A stretch of 64,000 bases of DNA, taken from assembly GCA_963815195.1 (NCBI GenBank), contig CAWFGE010000021.1, forward strand, positions 192,001 through 256,000. The letters are read 5' to 3'. The position numbers were made by a program, and so were the translations under genes. This document shows, one piece after another, positions 43,535 to 54,808 of the stretch (position 1 is the first letter of the stretch; each line of letters starts with the position of its first letter). This DNA comes from an uncultured Planctomycetaceae bacterium (lineage in GTDB: Bacteria; Planctomycetota; Planctomycetia; Planctomycetales; Planctomycetaceae). Below the pieces are notes generated by a model. That model worked only from the letters and a program-made list of their open reading frames with translations, was not told the origin of the DNA and made no database searches.

Positions 43535-43954
43535 GTGAAGACGGTCGTTTTACTTACGCTGGCGGGAATGGGTTTGTTTCTGGGGAATTCCAAGGCCTGG
43601 GCGGTCGATTTGACCAAGACCCTGGTCGTCGAGGCCGACACCGACAAAACGTCCAAGGACATCGACGTCAAATTCGAGCTGCAGCGCACGACTTGGGCGG
43701 GGGAAAACCTGCAGATTTTCGCCAAGCTCAAGAACGAAACGGATAAAGACTACCGCTACGTGGAGGCGATCATCACCGTTTACGACAAGGAAGGCAACTT
43801 CATCACCCGCTCCACGTCGAGCACCTATCCGGAACTCCTCGGCAAGAAGAAAGTCGGTTATTTGGACGCCAATTACGTCGAGACCGGAGACCAAATCCCG
43901 GCCCGCGTGACGATCAAGCTGACCGGCGAGGAAGACGACGGCAATAACTTTTGA
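43535..43954 (+). CDS. Secreted FxLYD-like domain protein
   Basis: Signal peptide; LKNETDKDYRYVEAIITVYDKEGNFI. Confidence 0.65.
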   Translation: MKTVVLLTLAGMGLFLGNSKAWAVDLTKTLVVEADTDKTSKDIDVKFELQRTTWAGENLQIFAKLKNETDKDYRYVEAIITVYDKEGNFITRSTSSTYPELLGKKKVGYLDANYVETGDQIPARVTIKLTGEEDDGNNF

Positions 43955-44142
43955 TGTTCAGCCGCAATTGAAGCCTGGGCGAAAGCGATTCCGCGCCGGA
44001 AAATCCGAAATCCGAATATCCCAACCCTGAGTGTCCGGTGGGTTGTGTAGAAGGGACAGATTGGTTTGGAGCATTTGGATTTGGGATTCGTTTCGGATTT
44101 CGTGCTTCGGATTTGGGCTAGAAAACGCGCAGACTGATTTCA

Positions 44143-45123
44143 TCATGGGGGCGTGGCCATTGGGGTGTCGGTCATGGACGGTGCGGTGCGTTCGGCGACG
44201 CTGTAGGTGTCGCTGTCGCGGCCGGTGTTCGAGACGATCAACTCGGCCAATAACCCCAGCGAAATCGCCTGGGCCCCCAACAGCGTGGAGGCAATGGAGT
44301 AGGCCAACAGCGGGCGGGTGCCGATGGGATCGAAATCCATCCCGCCCACGTTGGTTAAGAGCCAAATCCCCGTGAGGGCGGCCAGTCCTAAAAAGCCCAG
44401 GGCGAACAAGAGGACGCCGAAGGCTCCGAGCATGTGCTGCGGGCGCTGGCCGAATCCGGTGAGGAATTTCACCGTGAGCAAATCCAGAAAGCCCCTTAGG
44501 AATCGGCGGATGCCGTATTTGGAATGCCCGAACTGCCGCTCGCGGTGATGCACGGTTTGCTCGGTGACGCGAAAGCCGCGCGCGTGGGCGAGCACGGCGA
44601 TGAAGCGGTGCAATTCGCCGTAGATACGGATTTCCTTGGCCACGTCCGAGCGGAACAGTTTGAGGCCGCAGTTGTGATCGTGCAACTTCAGCCCGGTCAG
44701 CCGGCTGACCATCCAGTTGAAGACCCGGCTGGGATACACCTTATGCCAGGGATCGAGCCGACGTTCTTTCCAGCCGTTGACCACGTCGAAACCTTGGTTC
44801 GCTTTGGCGAGGAATTTGGGGATCTCGGCGGGGTCGTCCTGGAGGTCGGCGTCCATCATCATGATCCAATTTCCCCGCGCCGCGCGCATGCCGGCGGTGA
44901 GCGCGGCCGCCTTGCCGAAGTTCCGGCGGAACCGAATCCCCGACACGCCCTCATCCTGGGCGGACAGCTCGGAAATCACCTGCCACGATTCATCCGTGGA
45001 GCCGTCGTCGATGAACACGACTTCCACATCGATATTTTCCGCATCGCAGGTGGAGCGGATTTCTCGATGCAGCTGGCCGAGGCTGGGGGCTTCGTTCAAA
45101 ACGGGGACGATAATCGAAAGCAT
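44143..45123 (-). CDS. Glycosyltransferase family 2 (polyprenol-phosphate glycosyltransferase type)
   Basis: [35 protein letters not shown], two C-terminal TMs. Confidence 0.92.
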   Translation of the reverse strand: MLSIIVPVLNEAPSLGQLHREIRSTCDAENIDVEVVFIDDGSTDESWQVISELSAQDEGVSGIRFRRNFGKAAALTAGMRAARGNWIMMMDADLQDDPAEIPKFLAKANQGFDVVNGWKERRLDPWHKVYPSRVFNWMVSRLTGLKLHDHNCGLKLFRSDVAKEIRIYGELHRFIAVLAHARGFRVTEQTVHHRERQFGHSKYGIRRFLRGFLDLLTVKFLTGFGQRPQHMLGAFGVLLFALGFLGLAALTGIWLLTNVGGMDFDPIGTRPLLAYSIASTLLGAQAISLGLLAELIVSNTGRDSDTYSVAERTAPSMTDTPMATPP

Positions 45124-45169
45124 GAGCGGCGTCTCTCGGGCGGATTCTCTGACAATTTGGATCGTAATC

Positions 45170-46232
45170 TTAAATTATCGGCGGGGGTTGGGAGGTGGAT
45201 TGCAGTTCGCGGTCTGTTTTGAGGGCCTTGGGCCGGACACAGTAGTATAACACACTCGCCATGCAGATTTCACTCGCAAACCACACCGCCCGGAGCAACA
45301 ACGGCACAACGACCGCTTGGCCGGGCGTGACATCCGGCTGCATCCGCAAAACTTCCAGAAGCAACCCTTCCCGCACGCCCAACCCGCCCGGCGCGAACAG
45401 GGCCGCAAAGCCGACGACCGTTGCCCCGGCGACGGCGCCCGACCAAACCGGCCAGGCGGTCCAATCGACGGATTCGCTCACGGCCCGTAGCGTGAAGCCC
45501 AGGGAGAGGCCGTGGAGCGTCCAACTGCCGGCGAACGCGGCGAGGCCTTGAATGACCAGCTTGGGCGTGATCCGCACGCGGTTTTCGCCTTCCATCATGC
45601 CTTGCGGGGTGAACTTGACGGCGAACCAGGTCAGCGTCTTGGCGATGAACGGGGCGAGCGAGCAACTGGCGGCGACGACGGTCAAAGCCGGCAGCCAGCG
45701 GACGCCGACCATCCACCGTCCCCAAACCGGCCAGCCGGCGGTGTGCTCGGGGCGGAGCAGCCAAGGCGAGAGGGCGACGGCCATCGCGGCTCCGGTGGCC
45801 ATCATCATCAACGTTTCGCAGGTCGCGGTGAGGACGGACACCGTCACCGGCGCCCCGCGGTCTTTGAGCAAGGCCGAGCGGATCACCAGCACGGTCGCCT
45901 TGCCGGGGACGTACTTTCCCAAATGCCCGCAGTAATAGGCGCGGGCGGCATCGTCGAACCGCACATCCCCGCCGACGCGGTGGATCATCCGCCGCCAGAA
46001 CCACACCGAAGGCAGCCAGCCGGCCGAATAGGCCAAACCCGCGAGCACAAGCCAGCCCCACTCGAAGGGAATGCTGCTCCAATCTTCCCGCTGCCAAAGC
46101 TGCCAACCCCGGCGTCCGACAAACGCCAGCACCAACAGGCACAAGCCCCACTTCACCGCGCCACGCCCAGCGCTTGGCGGACGACGAAGAAACGGGTTCG
46201 CTTCCCATTGCGTTTGAATTGGAAACAGTCAT
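45170..46232 (-). CDS. Lysylphosphatidylglycerol-synthase-TM / flippase-like membrane protein; probable frameshift near 46160
   Basis: [22 protein letters not shown]. Confidence 0.8.
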
Positions 46233-46629
46233 GAAAAACCACGGACCGCGCGAGGCAAATTGCAGAAGTGCCCAGTTTATCGAATGGAAGAAAACGCCTC
46301 TAGAGAGTTCTCGGCGTTGCGTTGGGGCGGAAAGCGAGGCCGGGGTGCACGTCAGCTTTTGCGGGCTTGCGACGGGTTGAAAAATCGTCAATAGGAGAAA
46401 TTGGGGATTTGCGTTAAGCTGCGGGGAGTGGCTTAAAGGAAAGTCCGTCAGCCAAAAACGCCGGCTTCTCGTACCGACTCGCAACAGGGCGGGCGCAGAA
46501 TGACTTGGGTCAGCGGCCGAATCGGGGCTTGCCGAATGACAGAGTTTTGAGGGATTATTGGATTCCTTTCGCCGCTTAAACCACCGGGCGGGTGGAACCG
46601 TTAAAGTCAAACGCCAGGGGTCTATTGAC

Positions 46630-48981
46630 TTATTTGCCTTTGCCCTGTCGATTGGCGAATTGTAGAAACAGTTTCCAGTCTTCGGGCCGAGCGCGATGAC
46701 CTTGTGAGTGATAATGGAAGGCTAAATCACCTGACGTGACGGGATGGTCCAACTGAGGCAGTTGATCGGTTCGCAGGCCTGTCGCGCCGAGCAGGCGGTA
46801 CACGGGGCCGGCGGCAACCAAAGCGAGAAACTCGCCCTTGGGATCGCTCCACTGGTCGGTAACACCGCCGTTCACATACACCCGCCGCGGCGCGATCAAC
46901 GAAATCAACATGTGCTGGTCAATGGGGAGTTCATTCCATTTCCCAACCCAGTGTTGAAGATTGCCGGCGAACTGCCACGGAAAGTTTTGCGACATGTCGT
47001 CCAGCGTTTCTCCCCAATCGCGACGGATTAACGATGCCCCCATTTCTCCCGGAACGACGCTGAACACGCTGCTGATGCGTTCGTCCTTTGCGGCGGCCCA
47101 CAAGACCGTCTTGCCGAGGCGAGAGGCCCCGGTGATCGCAATCCGTTCGCTGTCGATCGCCTTGTCGGTCTCCAAATAGTCGATCACTCGGCTCGCTCCC
47201 CAAGCCCACGCACTGATCGTGCCCCATTCATCGGGAGCCGGTTTTGTTTGGCCCGGTTTGAGTGTCATGCCGATCACGCCCCGCTGCCACTGGTTGGCCC
47301 GGTCCGGCTGTATATCGCCGTAGCCGATTTGTGCATAAGCCCAGCCCTTGGAGAGAACTTCTGCGATCGGATCAAACGGTGCCGCAGCGTTTCCCTCGAG
47401 ACGCCGCCGAACGTCTGCACTGAAGAACGAAAGGTGCAAGAGCACCGGCACGCGTCCCCCGGCATTTTTCGGCACGTGCAAGGTCACACGCAGTTTCGGC
47501 GAGGTTTCGTCGTTGATCGCCCGAGAGCCCATCCGGCCTTCGATCTTCCTGGTAATCGCCGTCCCGCTCCGCGAGTTGGCATCGGTTTCCATGACTTTCC
47601 ATTGAACCGGCGGCGCATTTTCCGGCACGCGTCCGTAGATTTGCTCTTCGTAAAACCGAAGGATCTCGGCTCGACGAACCTTCCATTCCTCGGCCGTCGC
47701 GACGCGCCGACCGCTCGACATGATTAACGGGTCGGGGAGCGAATAGTCTGGCACCTTGGCCTCATCGTAGTTCGAAACGTGTCCCGTTCGTTTTGCCAGT
47801 CGAACCGGATTTCCCCGTTGATCCCGGCCGCCGATAAATAAAACATTGTCGGCATTGCCGGCGGCTCCGGGCGGCGGCGCGGCGGCTTGAAAGAGCTTGG
47901 GGGCAAGCGTTGCGAAATACCGGCGCCAAACCGCATAGTTATGGACTCCCGCGGTGATGTGGAGTTCATGGTCGATGCCTTTTTGCTTCAATGTCTTGGA
48001 AACTGCTTTGTTCCGCTCCAACGGAAAATCGTCCTGACCGCAACCGATCCAGAAGAGATCCAGGGCGTCGTTCACCGTTTTCGCATCGTTAAGAATCTGC
48101 CCGAGCCGCTCGACGCCCGCTTGCGGCACACCCCCGCTAAACGAGCCGATCGCGCTAAACTTGTCGAGATTCTTTAGGCCGATCGTGACCGCTTGCCCTG
48201 CGCCCATCGACAAACCGGCGATCGCGCGGTCCTTATTCGTTTTGAGCACACGATATTTTTTTTCGACCAGCGGAATCACATCGCCAAGCAAATAGGATTC
48301 AAACTTTTCGGTGTTCGTCTGCTGCACGTCGCGCGGTGAACCGTGGGGCACCGCATGGCCGAACGGCATAACGACGATCATCTCTTTCGCCGACCCATCG
48401 GCGATCAGATTGTCCATGATGAAGTTCGCCGCACCAATCATCACCCAGCCGATCGCCGTGTCGTTCGAGCCGTGCAGCAAATAGAGCACGGGATAGAATT
48501 TATCCGTGTTCCCGTGGTACGACGGCGGTGTGTAAACCGAAAACCAACGTGTATCTCCCAGCGTTTTGGAATGATGAAAGTTGATTTCCACGTTGCCATG
48601 AGGCACATCCGCAGGCTCCCAAAGGGCTTCGCCGGGTATGTGGAAAAACGAACCGGCTCGGGATGCTCGCAGCTTGACCGATGAGTTTTCCGGATCGGGG
48701 ACTTGAACACCATCAATCTCGAAGCCGTAAATGTGATTTCCGGGAGGAAACGGGCCGGCCGTCGCGGTCCAAACGCCGTCGTCCCCCTTCGTCATGGCGA
48801 GTTCCTCACCCTGCTTCAACCAGTCGCCTAATAACAGCACTTTGTCGGACTTCGGCGCGGAAACGCGAAACGTGACGCGGGCATCCTCGTGGACTTCTGG
48901 GGAATTGCCCGCCGTGCAGACGTTGGCCGATGAGAAGACGAGGTGCAGAACGAACAGAGAAATCAGCAAATCTCGATTCAT
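46630..48981 (-). CDS. Secreted bifunctional esterase: CBM48-like + CE1-like esterase + CE15-like glucuronoyl esterase
   Basis: YPVLYLLHG, AIAGLSMG; second domain WGTISAWAWG, GASRLGKT, DQHMLISLIAPR. Confidence 0.8.
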   Translation of the reverse strand: MNRDLLISLFVLHLVFSSANVCTAGNSPEVHEDARVTFRVSAPKSDKVLLLGDWLKQGEELAMTKGDDGVWTATAGPFPPGNHIYGFEIDGVQVPDPENSSVKLRASRAGSFFHIPGEALWEPADVPHGNVEINFHHSKTLGDTRWFSVYTPPSYHGNTDKFYPVLYLLHGSNDTAIGWVMIGAANFIMDNLIADGSAKEMIVVMPFGHAVPHGSPRDVQQTNTEKFESYLLGDVIPLVEKKYRVLKTNKDRAIAGLSMGAGQAVTIGLKNLDKFSAIGSFSGGVPQAGVERLGQILNDAKTVNDALDLFWIGCGQDDFPLERNKAVSKTLKQKGIDHELHITAGVHNYAVWRRYFATLAPKLFQAAAPPPGAAGNADNVLFIGGRDQRGNPVRLAKRTGHVSNYDEAKVPDYSLPDPLIMSSGRRVATAEEWKVRRAEILRFYEEQIYGRVPENAPPVQWKVMETDANSRSGTAITRKIEGRMGSRAINDETSPKLRVTLHVPKNAGGRVPVLLHLSFFSADVRRRLEGNAAAPFDPIAEVLSKGWAYAQIGYGDIQPDRANQWQRGVIGMTLKPGQTKPAPDEWGTISAWAWGASRVIDYLETDKAIDSERIAITGASRLGKTVLWAAAKDERISSVFSVVPGEMGASLIRRDWGETLDDMSQNFPWQFAGNLQHWVGKWNELPIDQHMLISLIAPRRVYVNGGVTDQWSDPKGEFLALVAAGPVYRLLGATGLRTDQLPQLDHPVTSGDLAFHYHSQGHRARPEDWKLFLQFANRQGKGK

Positions 48982-49236
48982 GGCAGGCTCCCAACAGAGA
49001 TGGACGGTCGCACCAACTCCACAGTGTATCCAAATAGTCGAACGGCGATGAAGTGAGAGACATCATAAATCCAAATAGGGTTCCCATAAACGCGCTTTCG
49101 CACTCCACTCGGTGACGGAAATCCCGCAAGTCATTAAAAACGGCGGATACGCAGACGACGTCCGGTGGCGTGGGAGGACGGCGGGGGCGACCCCGCCTCT
49201 CGGCCCGATTCCCGAAATCCGCCGGCAGGCAACGGC

Positions 49237-50495
49237 TCACGAGGTGACCGCCGGTTCCATCGGCTCCTCCGCGGTGGATTTCTCGGCCTCACGTTGTTGG
49301 GCCAGTTCCTCCGCCAGGCGGTCGAGCTGGGATTTGAGAGTGGATTCCAATTCCTGCATCAAGGGATCGGCTTTCGCTCCCTTGGGACGTTTCGGGCTGA
49401 CTTCGATCGCTTCGCCGATGTCGATGATCAGCTTCATCGGACCGTGCACGCGGGCCGCATCGGTCAGGTCCTCCTCGAACCGCTCCACCGTTTCCAAGAG
49501 GCGCTCGGGCGGGCTGTCGGGCATCACGTAGTTCCGGGGATAAAGCGAGAGCGCCTGGGCGAGATACACATCCTCCAACTGCCGCCAGCGCCGTCGCGCT
49601 CGGCTTCGGGAAGCTCGGACTTGATCATGTCCGGCAGGATCGCGATCCGCAGCGCCTTGACCCGCGCCACCACGTCGCCCTCGCGGTTTCCGCCCAGCCA
49701 TTCCTCTTCGAGCGGCACCAATAGCCCATCGATCAAATGGTCCAGCCGTTTGTAAAGGGAACCCGTTTGCGGCCGGCCGAGGTATTCGACTTCCTTGAGC
49801 GTCAGAAGTGCCGTGCCCAGTTTGCGGATGCGTTGGATCAGAGTCAACTGCCGCTGCGGCCGCCAGGAGAGGCGGGTTTCGATGTCGGTCAGCACCGACG
49901 TGATGGTCGCCTCCAGGTCGCCTAAAAATTGATACCGCATGGCGACGGGATGAATGACCACCTGACCCGGCGGATCGAGTTTTTCCCGGCGTTTGGCGGC
50001 CGTGCGGGCGATGAAGGCCGTGCCTTCCATCAAGACGCCCAAGCGGTCGTTCGCGCGGGTGATCACACCTTCGGGATAAATCACCAGCGGGCGGTCGGCT
50101 TGCTCGAGGACCTCGATCGCACAGTTGAGGGCCTGCCGATCCATGCCTTCCCGATACACCGAAAACGCCCCCAGCCGCCTGGTGACGAAGCCCGTCAGCC
50201 AGTCGGCTTTGAACACGTGCCAGCTCGCCATCGTAAACAGGTGGATCTTCATGGTCCGGTTGATGAGGCCGACCGCCATCGGGTCGGAGGGCCGGCAGTG
50301 ATTGGGCGCGAGCACGATGCCATGCCCGGCGTCCAGGGATTCCCGCAGCCGCTCGGTGCCCCGGCATTCGCTTTCGACGATGGCGTAGCTCCGCCGGAGA
50401 TACCAAGGCAGCACATACCGAAACGCCGACGACCAAAACGTCCCCCGGTACGGCGGAATGAACGTGTAAGCCTCTTCAAATACGACCGGTTGCAT
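49237..50495 (-). CDS. Phospholipid/glycerol acyltransferase; frameshift near 49590
   Basis: PNHCRPSD (HX4D), GAFSVYREG, IYPEG. Confidence 0.85.
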
Positions 50496-50789
50496 ATTCT
50501 TCCTTTGCCCGTTGTGCTTTTCCCTTTGAAATCGGTCCGCCCCCGGAACGTACGCGAGCGGCTGGGCGCTAGCCGCCGGTCTTGACGTTGGGATCATCGC
50601 TTCATCGAAACCGAAGGCGAGCGCCTACCGCTCAGATTTTCAAACACGTTCTCAGATTCTCGATGGAACGCCAATCAACTGTTTTGTACAACACGTATTA
50701 TATACTGGAAAACAGCATCCGAAGCGCCCCTGTTTCGGTCCGCAATGTGCAAAACGAAATCCTAACGATAAGAAATTGAAGGAGCCGAC

Positions 50790-52689
50790 ATGACGGAAAC
50801 CCACGACAAGCAACAATTCTCGTTTCAAACCGAAATTAAGCAACTGCTGCATTTGTTGTCGCATTCGCTGTATCAAAACAAAGAGATCACGATCCGCGAA
50901 CTGGTCTCCAACGCCTCGGATGCCCTGGACAAGATGCGGTATTTGCAATTGACCGACGAAAAATACCGCGATGACGCCCCGCTGGAAATCACCCTCGTCC
51001 CCAACAAAGACGAGCGCGTTCTCTCCATCAAAGATACCGGCATCGGCCTGACCCACGATGAGTTGATCGAAAACCTGGGCACGATCGCCCATAGCGGGTC
51101 GCTCGAGTTTCTGCAAAAATTCTCCGGCGACAAAAAAGCCGACCTGTCGCTGATCGGGCAGTTCGGCGTCGGGTTTTACTCGGCGTTCATGCTGGCCGAC
51201 CGCGTGGAAGTCCTCACCAGAAGCTATCAGGAAACCGCCGGCTGGCGGTGGGAGTCCGAAGGCACGGGCGAGTTCACCATCGAACCGGCCGAGGGTTTGG
51301 ATCGAGGCACCGAAATCCGCCTGCATCTCAAAAAAGATCTCGACGAGTTCACAGAACGCCCACCGGCTGAAGCACATCATCCGCAAGTATTCCACCTTCA
51401 TTCCGCATCCGATCAAGATCGACGGCGAGCAACTCAACGATCAGCGCCCGATCTGGGTCGAGCCCAAAAGCCAGCTCGAAGAAGAGCAGTACGTCCAATT
51501 CTATCAGCACCTCTCGCACCACACCGAGGAAAAACCGCTGTGGCATCTGCATCTCTCGGCCGACTCCCCGATCCAGTTCCACGCGATTCTGTACTGCCCG
51601 CAAACCAGCTTCGAACTGATGGGCTTCGGCCGCAGCGAGCATGGGCTGCATCTGTGTGCCAAGCGGATTCTCGTCCAGGACAACAACCGCGATCTGTTGC
51701 CGGAGTATCTGCGGTTTCTGTATGGCCTCGTGGATTCGGCCGACTTGCCGCTGAACGTCTCCCGCGAGTCGCTGCAGGACAACACGATCTTCCGCAAGAT
51801 TCGCAAAGTCCTCGTCAAGCGCGTCCTGGAGCATCTCGCGAAACTCGCCGAGGACGAACCCGAGCGCTACGGGCAGTTCTTCCAACAGTTCGGCCCCATT
51901 TTACGGGAAGGCGTGGCGACCGATTTCGAAAACCGCGAAGCCGTCGCCCGGCTGCTCCGGTTTCAAAGTTCCCAGAGCGATGAGCCGACCGTCCTCGATG
52001 CCTACATCGAACGGGCCGGCGAGAAGCAAAAACCGATTTACTACCTGGGCGGCCCGGACCTGGCTTCGATCAAGAAAAGCCCGAACCTGGAACTCTTCCA
52101 GAAGCGAGGCGTGGAAGTATTGTTTCTGACCGATCCGCTGGACGAGGTCGTTCTGTCAAACCTGGGCCAGTATGCCGAGCACCCGCTGGTGTCGATCGAC
52201 GCCGCCGATGTGGAACTCCCCGAAGCCGAGGAACAGGAAGAGAAGGCCGAGGAAGATAAGGACAAAGCCGAGGAGAAGGAGGAAGTCCCGACCGGTTTCG
52301 AGCGGGTGTTGACGTTGTTCCGCGATGCGTTGGGCGATGAAGTCGAAGAAGTCAAACGTTCGCGTCGCTTGATCGAGAGCCCGTGCTGCCTGGTCAATCC
52401 GAGCGGCGCGGTCAGCACGCAAATGCAAAAGGTGATGCACCTCGCCCACAAAGATTTCGCGATGCCGAAGCGGATCTTCGAGATCAATCCGCAAGCCCCG
52501 TTGATCCGCCGACTGGCCGAGCTGACCGCGAACGCCGACCACGACAATTTCGTGAGGGACTGCGGCCGGCAGCTTTTCGCGAACGCCCTCTTAATGGAAG
52601 GCCTCGCCCCCGACACCGAAGGCACCGTGCAGCGCGTGCACCAATTCATGACCGAACTCGCCACGAAACGCTCGCCGATCGTGACGTGA
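50790..52689 (+). CDS. htpG: Chaperone HtpG (Hsp90); frameshift near 51355
   Basis: HSLYQNKE..RELVSNASDA, NLGTIAHSG, IGQFGVGFYSAF, DLPLNVSRE. Confidence 0.92.
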
Positions 52690-52875
52690 TGGCGGCAAGT
52701 TCGGGAGAAGGGGAGATCGGGAGAAGGGGAAATGCATTTGATCGGGCAGCTAGGAAGGTTCTTGTTCGGCGGTGAGTTCATTTCGTAGAATCGGTGTTAC
52801 CTGCTGCAATCTGTGGAAGGTTCGTAGACAAACGCAGGGGTCTCCGGTTACGCTATGTAGTGAGAGTTTTCAGGG

Positions 52876-53062
52876 GCAGGATATTACAAAGCGAGTGACC
52901 GCTCATACGTTTCGGCACAGCTTCGCGACGCACCTGATCGAAGCGGGCTACGACATTCGCACTGTGCAGGAACTCCTGGGACACAAGGATGTTAGAACGA
53001 CGATGATTTACACGCACGTTTTGAACAAGGGTGGCCGAGGCGTAAAAAGTCCGGCCGATTTT
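52876..53062 (+). pseudogene. intI: Integron integrase, C-terminal fragment only
   Basis: [59 protein letters not shown] is the characteristic IntI C-terminus; attC array directly downstream. Confidence 0.8.
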
Positions 53063-53168
53063 TTGCCGCCCATGCACGATAACGCGCCGCGCGTTATCGT
53101 GCACGAGGCGCATGATAAACACTATATCGTCGAGGTATGGGCGCGACTGTAACGCTGAGGCGGCCATC

Positions 53169-53283
53169 GCCTAACCAGTCGCTGCAGTTGACCCGCGGGT
53201 TCGTCTCGCATTTGGCTCGTTCACTTCAGTCACGCTACAATGACCTTCAACCCTGCTCACCGCGGGGGGCAACGAGGTTATGC
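53169..53283 (+). other. attC site (degenerate 3' spacer)
   Basis: GCCTAAC..TGCAGTTG...GCAACGA.GTTATGC. Confidence 0.65.
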
Positions 53284-53304
53284 ATTAAAGGCAGCCGCTC
53301 TGTC

Positions 53305-54198
53305 GTGTCGAAATCAGACCGAAAAACACCGACAGCCCTCATTCTTTACTTCACGCCAGAGCGATGGGGTGAACTCGATCGCTTTCGCAATTTCTATTCC
53401 ACGACGCATCGCTTCGACCGACGCACAACTGATCGTGTTCGTGGCATCTCAAGCCACTTCCACAAAGCACACACTCTACACTCACTCGCCGTCCGCCTGC
53501 GCCCTTCACTTGCACAAGACAATGAGCGGCTAGAAGCCGAAGGATATAGTCCGGCAACAAACGCCCGCGAGCTCAACGCAGTCATCGAGACGATTCTGTG
53601 CGAACTTTACGCGTCGCTCGACTGCACCGCTCAACTTTTGCGTGCTCTCTATGGCAATTTGCCGGGCGTTCCAAGCAAATCAACTCGCAAATTGTTCGCC
53701 AACGCCGTGGATGGAAAAATCGACGGCCGGTTTCCAGAAACACTCTTAGACGCGATCGTGACCGCCGCACCGTGGGTTGCCGATCTCCGGCACCTTCGCG
53801 ACACCATCGCCCATTCTGACACAGGATCTTGTCACCTTGACAGCGAATCAGATGTTGTTCGCTATATGAATTCCGCAATGGGTCCATCAAACCGGGCACA
53901 CGTCATTGATGACATCTTCTCCGACGTTGAACAATACTTTTCGTCGGTGAATCAATTGCTCGGCGTCATCTTCCGCTTCCTCAACTCCCAACTCAACGAT
54001 TCCGAGACCCAACAGTTTTGCGGGGTCTTCTTTGGTAGAATGTACACGCGGCTTGTACGGCCGTCCGAAGCAATCGATTTTCATGCCGGGCGTTGCCAAT
54101 CGCATCGCTGGTTCGACAAGGAAGAGAATTCGACTTGCCCATTCGTCGATAAGTGCGGTGCCTACCAACGCAAGGTTCCGCCAGAGGAAAATGCATAA
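53305..54198 (+). CDS. Cassette 1: predicted HEPN-domain protein
   Basis: Helical protein with ELYASLD and RDTIAH (Rx4H) motif; stop codon inside the R'' box. Confidence 0.6.
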   Translation: MSKSDRKTPTALILYFTPERWGELDRFRNFYSTTHRFDRRTTDRVRGISSHFHKAHTLHSLAVRLRPSLAQDNERLEAEGYSPATNARELNAVIETILCELYASLDCTAQLLRALYGNLPGVPSKSTRKLFANAVDGKIDGRFPETLLDAIVTAAPWVADLRHLRDTIAHSDTGSCHLDSESDVVRYMNSAMGPSNRAHVIDDIFSDVEQYFSSVNQLLGVIFRFLNSQLNDSETQQFCGVFFGRMYTRLVRPSEAIDFHAGRCQSHRWFDKEENSTCPFVDKCGAYQRKVPPEENA

Positions 54199-54283
54199 CC
54201 AAGCGTTGCACGCGAGCGGGCGGCAGCGTCGGTTCTGAAAATCAACTTCGCACGCGCCCGCCGCGTGAACTTTGTCGTTAGCC
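54193..54283 (+). other. attC site
   Basis: GCATAAC...GTTAGCC; arms CACGCGAGCGGGCG / CGCCCGCCGCGTG. Confidence 0.85.
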
Positions 54284-54459
54284 CCGTTGTCGCGGACTGT
54301 TCGATGATCCTGGCTTGCCGATCCTGCATCGACGCGCGATGGTACCCATATGCTGGGACTCGTCACGTACCGCCCGCTGTGCTGAGCGGGATTGCACGAT
54401 AGGCGATTTGGCAAGGACGTCACCCTCATCAACACCGCATTGATCTGTGCAACGCTGCT

Positions 54460-54690
54460 TTGGAATCTGTTCGTTTACGCATTCCCGAGGACTTCTATCG
54501 CGACGTTTACGATTACATCAACCGCCACAATGAATGGGGACTCGGTCTCGAAATCCTGATTGACCAGATCATTGAATACGAGATCAAGATCGCCCCAGAC
54601 CACTTTGCCAAGATTCACGAAGCAATGAGTTCAATGGGCTTGGCTGAGACCGAGCGTGTCAAAAGCCTTCGAGAAGAAGTGGTCGCCTAA
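54460..54690 (+). CDS. Cassette 2: MafI-like immunity protein (start uncertain)
   Basis: DYINRHNEWGLGLEILIDQIIEYEIKI resembles the MafI family; stop inside R''. Confidence 0.55.
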   Translation: MESVRLRIPEDFYRDVYDYINRHNEWGLGLEILIDQIIEYEIKIAPDHFAKIHEAMSSMGLAETERVKSLREEVVA

Positions 54691-54792
54691 CCACCGTCTG
54701 CAGTTGACCGGCGACGCCCGCGATGGATAATGAGTTGTCGGTTGTGAGTCTGCTCCCGCGGGCGGCCGGCAACTGAGCCTTTTACGTTGGGC
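54685..54792 (+). other. attC site
   Basis: GCCTAAC...GTTGGGC; arms CAGTTGACCGGC..GCCCGCG / CGCGGGC.GCCGGCAACTG. Confidence 0.88.
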
Positions 54793-54808
54793 CGCAGATG
54801 GGATCGAC

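Noticed and set aside
51340..51370. Programmed frameshifting in htpG or other split genes
   Set aside because: No slippery heptamer at the breaks; only the IS3 A7G site fits a programmed shift.
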